Position numbers and translations under genes: made by a program | The notes under the pieces: model-generated | Told to the model about the DNA's origin: nothing | The model's database searches: none | Seen by the model: only the letters and a program-made list of their open reading frames with translations | Origin: Parvularia atlantis | Taxonomy: Eukaryota | Reading direction: 5' to 3' | DNA: 20,111 nt | Assembly (NCBI GenBank): GCA_943704415.1 | Contig: CALSCO010000122.1 | Coordinates: 62,001 to 82,111 of the forward strand | Part shown: positions 9,960-19,053 of the stretch, one piece after another | Layout of the letters: each line of letters begins with the position of its first letter | Position numbering within the stretch: position 1 is the first letter of the stretch

Positions 9960-12766
9960 TCACAGCAACGTGACGGCTCCCTCGCGCGTTGCTGCGAACC
10001 GCGCATAGAAGGCGAGCGCGTCGGGCGAGGTGCGCGGACGCACGCGCTCGACGGCGAGTGCAAAGTGCCGCTCGCCCACGCCCGCGATCCCCACGTCCTC
10101 CTCCAGTGCCGCCAGCGACGCCTCGCGGCACACGGCCGCCACCTCCGCGCCCGAATAGCCCTCGAGCGTGCGCGCGAGCGCGGCCACGGCGTCGTCGGCG
10201 AGGTCGTGCGGCGTGCGGCGGAGGTGCCGTGCGAGGATGGCGTGGCGCGCCGACACATCCGGCAGCCCGATGTGCAGCAGACGGTCGATGCGGCCCGGGC
10301 GCAGCAGGGCCGGGTCGAGCAGGTCAGGGCGGTTCGTGGCCGCGACGACGACGACGTTGACAAGCGGCTCGATCCCGTCCAGCTCGGTCAGCAGCTGCGA
10401 CAGCACGCGGTCGCCCACTAACGAGGCCCCGCCGCCGCCGCCGCCGCCGCCGCTGCGCTGGCCCGCGAGCGCGTCGATCTCGTCCAGGAACACGATCGAC
10501 GGCGCTACTTGCCGCGCGCGCCGGAAGAGCTCCTGCACCGCGCGCTCCGACTCGCCCACCCACTTGGAGAAGAGCTCGGGCCCCTTGACGGCGAGGAAGT
10601 TGAGTTGCGCCTCGTTCGCCAGCGCCTTGGCCATCATCGTCTTCGAGTTGCCGGGCGGGCCATACAGCAGGAGGCCCTTGGGCGGGCGGATGCCGAGCCG
10701 CGCAAAGGCCTCGGAGTGCTGCGCGCGCACAGTTTGTCGCAGCACCAGCATGCACGCGCGCGCCCCACACCTTGATCGGCCACTCCACCGCCTCGCGCAG
10801 CCGCGCCTTGACCTCCTCCTGGCCGCCAATGTCGTCCCAGGTCACGTCGGGCACCTCGATCGCGATCTGCTCGCGCGCGGCGCGTGTCAACACACGGCAC
10901 GGCACGCTGCGGTCACAAACCTGCCGCATGGCGCTCGGCCGCACGCGGGCCGTCGCCGCGCGCAGGTCCTCCAGGCCGATCGCCGGTGGCGTCGCACCGA
11001 GGCCGCGGCGCAGACACAGCAGCGCGGCCTCGTTGACGAGCGCGCGCAAGTCCGCGCCGACATAGCCGTAGCACGCGTCCGCAACCGCATCCACCTGCAC
11101 GCGCGCGCATGAGAGCGGCAAAGTGGACGTGACACGGCGCACATCGGCCGCCGGGACGGTCGCGGCGGCGCCCAGGAGCTTGCGCAAGATATCACGGCGC
11201 TCGAGCGACGACGGCACGCCGATCTCCAGCTCCGTGTCAAAGCGGCCCGGCCGTCGCTGCGTGCACGCACTGTGAGGCGCCGATAAGGCACCGCGCACCA
11301 GCGCACCAGCGCAGGGTCGAGCGCGCTCGGGCGGTTCGTGGCCGCGAGGACGATCACGCTGCTGTCGGCCGGAGGGTCGGCGCCGTCCATGAGCGTGAGC
11401 AGCGTGGCGACGACGCGCTTGTCGAGGTCGCTGACGCTCTTGACGCGCGAGCGGGCGGTAAGCACGCCACCGCGCAAGCGACTGCCGCGCCAGCCCCGCA
11501 CACCACGTCGCGCTTCGGGCACAGCGCGTCGAGCTCGTCGATGAACAGCACGGCGGGTGCGGCGGCGGCGGCGCGCTCAAACAGCTCGCGGATGCGCGCC
11601 TCCGTCTCGCCATAGTACTTGCTGACCGTCTCGGCCACGCTCAGGCTGAAGAACGGCAGGCCGAGCTCGGCCGCGACGCAGCGCGCCAGCAGCGTCTTGC
11701 CTATGTCGCGCTGCAGCGTCAGGCACACACACGGCCGCGAGGCGCACGCACCTGTGCCGGGCGGGCCGTGCAGGAGGACGCCGCGTGGCGGCCGCAGGCG
11801 AAAGCGGCTGTAGACGTCTGGCCGAGTGTGCGGGCGTCACGGTCCGCACGCACGCTCCTTGCACGGCGGGCGCACCCGAACGCTGCACGAGCGGCAGGAG
11901 CATGTCGCGGATGGCCTGGATCTGCGGCTGCAGCCCACCGACGCTCGCAAAGGTCGCGGCCGGCAGTGGTGCGGACGGCGCGGCGGGCACGGCCACGTCG
12001 TCGATCAGCAGGGTCGTGCGCTCGGTGAAGATGCCAAAGGCCACGTTGCGCGTCGCGCCCGTCTCGAAGCGTGCAGTGTCAAACTGCCGCGGCCGCCCCG
12101 CGAGCACGAGGTCCACGCCGCTGCCGGCCGCCACGATGCACCGTCGCCCTGCAATGCGCGTGAGCGGCACGGCGAGCGCGGATGTGGCAGCGCACGTAGG
12201 TGTGACCGCAGCTGCTCGAGGATCAGCGGCTGCCGCGCCAGCTCGACGAGACGTTGGCTCGGCGGGACGGGTCTGCCTTGCGGACTGTGAGCACAGCACG
12301 CAACACGCAGCACGCACGCACCGCAGCAGCAGCAGCGTGAGGGCCGGCGCTGCAGCGAGGGCGGCGGCCGGGAGGCGGTCGATCGTGCAGGCGTCGCCGG
12401 GTGCGAGCCGTCGGCGGGCGTACGCGGGTAGGCGCACGGCTGCTCGCGCGGCCGTGTCAGCGAGGAGGGCGAAGGGGGGGCGCTGCACGCACAGCCCGCG
12501 GCGACGGATGCGCTCGGCCACAGCGCGACGACGTCCGCGCCCGCGGCCACGCGCTCGCCCACGTTGACTCGCAGCCGCAGCAGATCGCCAGGCGCAACGT
12601 GGGCGAGAGCATCGGCGCCGTCGGCGTCCGAGCCGTTCTCGGCGACCACGAACGCGGCTGGCAGGTCGAGTGGCGGCGGCGGCGCGGCGGTGGCGCGGCC
12701 GGGCGACGCGCGGCCTGGCGATGCGCGGCCAGGCGACGCGCGCGCAGGCGACGTGCGAGGTGGCAT
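9960..12766 (-). CDS. AFG2: Double-ring AAA+ ATPase of the AFG2/Drg1/SPATA5 family (60S biogenesis)
   Basis: About 11 exons. D1: VGGL...PPRGVLLHGPPGT/GKT...SKYYGETEARIR...IDELDALCPKR...RRPGRFDTELEIGVP. Linker VRPSAMRQ/IAIEVPDVTWDDIGG. D2: PPKGLLLYGPPGNSKT (the GxSKT Walker A typical of AFG2)...VKGPELFSKWVGESERAV...LLTELDGIE...RPGRIDR. Confidence 0.9.
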
Positions 12767-12802
12767 CGCGCGAGGGGTCACGGTGGGACAGAACACACGA
12801 GC

Positions 12803-13254
12803 TCAACGTCGCCGTGTCTCGCTCGCGAGCTCGCCCTTGAGCGCCGCGCGCTTCTGCTCTCGCTCCTGCCGCCTGCGCACGAGTGCGGCCGCCTGTGCTT
12901 TCAGCCGTCAGCATCGCGTTGCCGTGCACGGTTCGCGCGCCTTCTCCTCGTCGGTCAGGCCCTCGGTGCTCACCGGCTCGTCGGCCTTGGCGCGCGTGGC
13001 GGGCTCGGGCACCGGCGCGACGCGCTGCGGCTTGGGCGGCGTGGCCTGCTCCGGCGCGGGCGCGGGTGCAGGCGCGGGCGCAGACTCGCGGCGGGGCAGC
13101 GACGAGACGACGGCGGGTGTCAGCACCACCGCGGCTGGCTCCGACTCACGCCGCGGCGGCACGGCGGCGGCGGGCACTGGCAGCTCCTTCTCGACCGGCG
13201 GCGGCGGCGGCGGTGCCGGCAGATCCTCGTCCTTGGCCGGCGGCGGCGGCGGCG

Positions 13255-13296
<42 letters not shown>

Positions 13297-13477
13297 GGTC
13301 CGCCTCCTTCACCGGCACGGGCGGGAGGGGCTCGGCCGGCGCCGCGGGCTGCGGCGACCGCGGCGCCACGAGCGACGACCGCCGACGACGCTCGCCCAGC
13401 GCCTCGACCGCGGCCACGTGCGACGCGCGCCGCCGGTCGAGCTCATCGAGGCGCGCAACCAGCGACGACGCGTCCAT
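12803..13477 (-). CDS. Orphan protein of about 208 aa: N-terminal helix, poly-Asp/poly-Pro disordered core, charged C-terminal helix
   Basis: ATG at 13477 (MDASSLVARLDELDRRRASHVAAVEALG). Exon 1 ends at 12941, GC-AG intron 12940-12893, exon 2 reads AAALVRRRQEREQKRAALKGELASETRRR* (TGA 12805-12803). Fills the gap between the amine oxidase and AFG2. Confidence 0.7.
13258..13295 (-). repeat. (GAC)n trinucleotide repeat encoding a poly-Asp run of about 12 residues
   Basis: Directly visible (gtc)n on +; in frame in the orphan gene. Confidence 0.9.
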
Positions 13478-13499
13478 CGACTTCACAGTGACAAGCTGC

Positions 13500-15542
13500 T
13501 CACACCACGAGCGCTGCGATCTCGGCCGCGACGCGCTTACCCGACTGCACCGCGCCGTCCATGAAGCCCTGGTTCTGCCTTCCCGAGCCCCACGACGCCG
13601 ACGTGAGCGGTGCACCGGAGTGACGAGCGCCACGCACCTTGGTCGCCGTCTCCGTGCCGGCAAAGTGGATTGGGCCGACGGGCGTGCGGATGTCGTCGCC
13701 AAAGGCCGTGAGCGCGCCCGGCGCCCAGAGCGTCACGGGCGCGCCGCCCGTCCACTCCTCGTCCATCCAGTTCTTCTCGCGGTACTCAAGCACGGTGTCG
13801 GCCGCGTCCGTGCCGAACCAGCGCGCGAGGTGTGCCAGCACCGCACGTCGGCGCTCGTCCGCGGGCTTGCGCGACCACTCGCGCGCGGGCTGCCCGTTGA
13901 TGAACACCACCAGCGCCGGCTGCTCCTTGCTGTGAGCGGCGGCCACCGCAGGTTAGCACGGCGCGGCGATCCAGCAACACTGACCTCGCGTCGTCAGGAT
14001 GCGGCCGGCTCTCGTCGTACACGTTGAACGCGGGGCCGCTGACGTTGTCACACACGACCTGCACGGCGCGGCTGAGCACCGCAGGGCTCGTGACGACACA
14101 CACGCACCTCGCCGCTGAAGCCCTTCGCGCGCCAGAACGCCGTCTTGTACAGCACAACGATCTTGATGATCACGCCGAACGAGCACCGCTGCAGCAGCTG
14201 CCGCCGCAGCGCGGGCAGAGCCGGCGTGAAGTGGATCTGCGTCGTTTATTGTCAGCCACTCGCGCACGTGTCGGGGGCCGTGCGCGGCCGCGCCTTGTTC
14301 TGCGCCGTCGGCGGCATCGCCAGCACGATGCGCCGGCCCGCGTACGTCTTGCCGGCGCGCGTGCGCACGGTCACGCGGCCGCGCGTGCCGTACGAGCTGT
14401 AGTCGATCTCGGCCACGGGCGCCGAGACGACGACCGTGTCGCTGCCGAGGCGCTCCCTCAGGCGGTCCGACACGGTTTGCGAGCCGCCGTTGAACTTGCG
14501 CTCCTGGTGGCCGCCTGCGGTCCGCCGTCAGCGCGCGCTCATCGCCAGCGAGCGCACGGCCGCCCGCACCGGAGATGGTCACGAGTGGGTAGATGCCGCC
14601 GCTCGCGTGCACGTACTGCAGGAAGTGCAGCATGCTCAACTCGCGCGGCTCGCAGCCAAACACGCCGCGCACGGCGCAGTCGACTGGGCGCGGCGGACGC
14701 GTCAGCCGAAAGCACCTTGCCGGACGCGCACGCACACAGCGAGCGCGCAAAGTCCGTGAACACATTGCCCTGCTTCCACGTCTCGCACGTCATGCCGTCG
14801 TAGTACGGCGCCTGGGCCGACTTGTGCGGCTCGCCCTGCATAGCGTTTCAGGCTGGAAAGCGGGCGCGACTTTGCACGCACCGTCGGCACCTGACGCATC
14901 TGGCGATCCGCCTGCCACACGAGCCACGGCACCTGCGCGAGCCCGATGGCTTCGTTGAGCAGGTTGACGCTCAGGCCGGGCATGAAGCCGTGCGCGAGCC
15001 TGCGCAACAAGAGCACGCGTCAGAAGCCATCGTGCCGCCGCACGTCGGCGCGCCGGCGCACTTGGTCACGCGTCCCTGCACGTCGTAGATCTGCGCGGTC
15101 CGGAGTGTGTGTGCGTCACATGTCTGCCGCGGGCGGCGCACGCACGGGCCACGCACCACCGTGCCGCGGTACTGCTGCTTGAGCTGCTCGACGCCAAGCT
15201 CAGTAGCGAGCGCCTCAATGTCGTCCTGATGCGGCCCGATCTGCGCATAGCGGGGCGCATCAGGCACGTTCCGCCCCTCCCCACGCGCCGCGCGCGCACC
15301 CACTGGCCGCCGAGGTCCCAGCGCACGCCGGCCGCGCCGATCACCTCTGCGATCGGCCGGGTCACACACGTGCCTGTCGTTTCCTCACGCGCGCGGCGCG
15401 CACCGGAGCACGTGCGCCCGCCCACGCGCTCGCGCGCCTCCAGCACGACCACGCTCAGTTGGTAGCGCTCGCGCAGCTCCTTGGCCGCCGTGAGGCCCGC
15501 GAGGCCGCCGCCCACGACCACAACGTCGACCTCTGTGGACAT
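13500..15542 (-). CDS. Flavin-containing amine oxidase (monoamine oxidase family)
   Basis: About 12 exons. [20 protein letters not shown]...[14 protein letters not shown] (FAD Rossmann fold); [83 protein letters not shown]. Intron 14293-14237 is GC-AG. Confidence 0.93.
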
Positions 15543-15588
15543 TCGAACGAACGGTGACACCTCGAGTCTGCCCAGTTTGCTCGCTCAG

Positions 15589-15798
15589 TCACTGCGGCGT
15601 TGTCTTGGGCGTCTTGGCGTCGGCGGCGGGCTCGACCGGGGCCGCGTCGGCGGCGGGCTCGGGCGCCTTGCGCTTGCGGACCATACCGCTGAGGTCGTTG
15701 ACGGGCGCGGCGCCGGCGGCGGACGATGCGCCAGTCGCGGCGATGCTCGGCAGCGCAAAGCCGAACGCGTTGACCGCCGGCACGCTCGTCGGTGCGGC

Positions 15799-15843
<45 letters not shown>

Positions 15844-17047
15844 CTGCTGCGCGACCGACGCCATCGCCTCGGACAGCGCGGGCGCGAGCAGGTCGCGGAT
15901 CATTTTCTTGCGCGCCTCGTTCAGCTCATGCTCCTTCTGCCGCTCGAGCTCGTAGTCCTCGCGCTGGCGAGACAGTGCGCGCATGTCAGCCCGCAGCGCG
16001 CAGCAGGCTCGACAGCGTAGCAGCGCGCCTTCTGCCGCAGCGTCACCAGGAGCTCGTTGATCTCGGCAACCTCGTCCTTCGCCTCGGCGGCCGGCGGGAT
16101 CGGCTCGAGCACGCCCGACGCCGCGCCCGCGTCCTCCACCACGAGCCGGCCCTTGCCCTTGCCGGTAGGGTCGTCGAGGTCGAGCGTGGCCGCGGTCTCG
16201 AGCCACTGCGCGCGCCCGTGCAGCAGCTCGATCGCCTTGTCCAGGTGCTTCGTGGCCTCGTCCATGTCCGACTTGAGCTCGCTCGCCAGCGCCAGCTTGA
16301 AGTGCGTCTCGGACAGGTGCCGGCTCAGCGGCGGGAGGATCTGCTGCTGCAGGCCCAGGCACGCCTTGTACTCGTTCACGGCGACGTCAAACGTGCCTGT
16401 TGAGCATCGTCGTCGTGAGTCACCAGGCGCGCGAGAGCGCAGAGGCGCACCGTTCTCCATCGACAGGTCGGCCATCGTCCCATGTACCTTGCTCAGCAGC
16501 TCGCGCGCCGCCACGGTCTCCTGCTTGGCGAGGATGATGCGCGCCGTCTCGAGCACCTCCCACGCGAGCTGCGCGTCCTCGATGTTGCTCTCCTGCAGGG
16601 CCGCGTCGTCGCCCGCGCCCTCGGCTGACGTTGCCGCCGCCGCCGCCGCCGCATCGCCCGCGGCCTCCTGCTCGCCCTCGCCCGCTGCTTCCTCGCCCTC
16701 TGCCTCCTTCCCGTTCTCGCCCTCGCCCTCCTCGTCCTCCTCGTCGCCGCCCTCGTCCGCGCCGCCCTCGCCGCCCGAGCCGCCCAGCAGCGAGTTGCTC
16801 GCGCCGATGCTCAGCGTGAGCGCGCGCCCGTACAGGTAGTAGCACTCGGCGGCCTCGGGCGCGAGCTGGCCGTACGTCGTCGTCCTGCGCGAGCACGGTG
16901 TCACGTTGTGCGCGCGCAACACCGCGCCACCCCCGTCCGCACGCACAGCAGGTTCAGCGCCGTCGCCAGCCCCGCGATCGCCGGCTCAAACTCGTCGCGC
17001 ACGAGCCGCTGCCGCGCTTCGGCGATGAGCGGCGCGGCCTGCTCCAT
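15589..17047 (-). CDS. NASP: NASP/Sim3/Hif1 histone chaperone (SHNi-TPR); start at 17047, or at in-frame ATG 17086
   Basis: Four exons. YGQLAPEAAECYYLYGRAL, acidic insert, EDAQLAWEVLETARIILAKQ, VHGTMADLSMEN/GTFDVAVNEYKACL...SRHLSETHFKLALA, and C-terminal NLS NDLSGMVRKRK. Confidence 0.93.
15800..15841 (-). repeat. (CAG/CTG)14 repeat read as poly-Ser (AGC) in NASP
   Basis: Directly visible; the NASP frame gives QQGSSSSSSSSSSSSSSAAP. Confidence 0.9.
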
Positions 17048-17084
17048 TTCAAGCGGGTTGGCGCGCAAACCGTGACGCGCGGCC

Positions 17085-17500
17085 ATGTCGGCAAGCGACC
17101 GTCTGGCCCGCGCGCACGACACGCTCGTGCACGCGCCGAAGGAGAGCGCGCGGCCGGGCGCGGGCGCCCCCGCGGGCGCGAGCGGGAGCCGCGCGGCCGA
17201 TCGGCTGACGGCGTGCCGGCTGCTGGTCGAGCTGGTGACGACGGGCGAGCTGCCGTGCGTGCGGGACGGTGCGGTTGATGCTGTGGCCGATGCTGACCGC
17301 GCGGGCGATCGACGGCCGTCAGCGCCGCCAAAGACTTCACGACGAGCCTCGAGAAGGCCGTGGCGGGCCTGTTGCACGCGCACAACGACGCCGAGTCGGC
17401 CGTGCGCATCCTCGCGGGCGAGTGCCTTAACCTGCTCATCCGCACCCTTGGCGACAAGTACCTCTGGTGGGTCCAGGTTGCCCTGTTCAAGGCGATCAAG
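17085..17500 (+). CDS. HTT: Huntingtin homologue, N-terminal two exons only (116 aa); continuation missing or unrecognisable
   Basis: Exon 1 17085-17254, GT-AG intron 17255-17322, exon 2 17323-17500. NDAESAVRILAGECLNLLIRTLGDKYLWWVQVALFKAIK aligns without gaps to human HTT [39 protein letters not shown] (recalled). MSASDRLARAHDTL resembles N17 MATLEKLMKAFESL, and DRLTAC resembles DRVNHC. Confidence 0.82.
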
Positions 17501-17514
17501 GCGCGTCGCGGCTG

Positions 17515-17541
17515 CCCCCCCCCCCCCCCCCCAAAAAAAAA
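17515..17541 (+). repeat. C18A9 compound homopolymer where huntingtin similarity ends
   Basis: Directly visible, 14 nt after the putative GC donor at 17501. Confidence 0.9.
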
Positions 17542-17961
17542 CGGGAAGGGAGACCCCCGGTCGGACGAGTGTCGCGACGGAGGCCGCGAGCCCGGCACTC
17601 GAGCCTGTCGTCCCGGTACTGACGTCGGCGGCGACTCTTCGCTGCTGAATTACTTCCCTCGCGCGGTCCGCCCCTCTTCAACCACCTCGACGCCCAGCCC
17701 TCCGGCCGGACGCCGGATGCGGCACCGCCGTCTTAACGGGGCAGGCTCTCGGCATGCGCGGGACATCGCGGCCCGACCCGCCGCTCACGCCCTCCCCGGG
17801 GCCGTGCGCCCCCGCGTAGGCTTCGGGTCACAGGGCGGCGCAGCCCGCCCCGGCACAGAGTGGTGACGCGTGCGCGCGCAGATGAGGGCGCGCGGCGTGA
17901 TGCGCGCTTTGCGCCTTGTGGGTCCCGTCTCACTTCTCATTCGCGACACCCAAACCGCGGC

Positions 17962-18930
17962 TCACCGCAGCACCGTCTCGACCGACAGCTGCAGCTGCGC
18001 ACACGGCACACGGCTCAGCACACGGACACGGACACGGACACACAACCGATCAGCAGCAGACGCACCGTAAACAGCCCCGTCGACAGGTGCTTGACCGGCA
18101 CCACCGCCGCGCCGCCGCCGATCGGCGCGAGCGGCCCGACACCCCCGCCAACACCGCCGTCCTCGCCCAGCGCCTCCCAGTGCTGCGCCTCGTCTTGCGC
18201 CGCCGCCCGCGACACGCTGCCCGCGCCTGGCGCGCGCACGTGCGCCAGCACCGCGAACGTGCGCGTGCCCGGCGCCACTGGCGGCAGGAAGCAGTCGCTC
18301 GCGGTCAGTTTGGCCATGAACGCGCGCAGCCCGCTCTCGATCTGCTCGGCCAGCACCCTGCCCGCGCGCGCGTGCACGGGTGAGCTGCTGCTGCACCACC
18401 TCCACCACGGCCGACGCACGCCCGCGGCTCCGGCACGCCCTCGCCCCACAGACACCCGATGTCAAACACGAAGCGCTCGAGCGGCGTGCCGTCCAGTCGC
18501 GTCAGCACAAACACCACGCGCTCGAGCACGCCCTGCACCCGCGTCAGCGCACGCTGCTGCGCAAGGTGGACGACGACGCGCCTGGCGCATGTAGGGCACG
18601 AGGCGCTCGACCAGCTCGGCGACGTAGGCGACCACGTCCGGGTGGCGGCACACGCGCACGGGGATGGCGTCGTACATCTTGGCCGCGTCAAACATCTCTG
18701 CTCGCGCAGCCAGCCGCGGCAGCGTGAGGCACGGACGGGTGGCGCGACGGCGCATCGCACCGGCCGGGTAGACCTGGCGCAGGAAGAGCAGGTGGTGCAG
18801 CGCGCCACAGAGAAAGTCGCGCAGCATCCTCGGTCCGTCTTTGCGCGCCGGATGCGTCAGGCGGGCTGCGGCGTGCGAACGGGCGAGGGCGCGGCGCACC
18901 GGTGGCGCTGAGGCGCGGTGCGGGCGTCAT
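17962..18930 (-). CDS. REV7: REV7/MAD2L2 HORMA-domain protein (Pol zeta subunit)
   Basis: Six exons. [31 protein letters not shown]...[11 protein letters not shown]...GVLERVVFV...PLERFVFDI...[12 protein letters not shown]...LPP...TFAV...W...VPVKHL...LQLSVE. Intron 18581-18533 is GC-AG. Start could be the in-frame ATG at 18969. Confidence 0.9.
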
Positions 18931-19053
18931 CTTGCGCGCGCGGCCATGCGGATGTCCCTCCGCGGCCATGTGCGGCCATGCTGCACCCACTCCGTGGCCA
19001 TGCTGGCTTGCCGCTCGGCCATGATGGCGGTTACAAACAGCAGGCGCGGCGGG

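Noticed and set aside
9960..12766. Calling the AAA ATPase CDC48/p97 because a UBX adaptor is nearby
   Set aside because: D2 Walker A GNSKT, VKGPELFSKWVGESE and the divergent N-domain fit AFG2/SPATA5; p97 would show much higher conservation (GCGKT, LLTMWFGESE).
5194..15591. Seven consecutive genes ending in TGA as evidence for stop-codon recoding or a polyprotein
   Set aside because: TGA is expected to dominate at high GC, the stops fall at plausible C-termini, most downstream ORFs are out of frame, and TAA and TAG stops are also used in the window.
15800..15841. (CAG)14 tract near huntingtin as a displaced polyQ
   Set aside because: It lies in NASP on the opposite strand, 1.2 kb from HTT, and is read as poly-Ser.
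18000..18042. Short (GACACG)n and CACGG repeats
   Set aside because: Simple microsatellite within the last REV7 intron; no sign of function.
17962..18930. HORMA protein plus AAA ATPase as a CBASS-like or TRIP13 module
   Set aside because: The HORMA protein is an ordinary intron-containing REV7, the ATPase is AFG2 rather than TRIP13/Pch2, and no CD-NTase is present.
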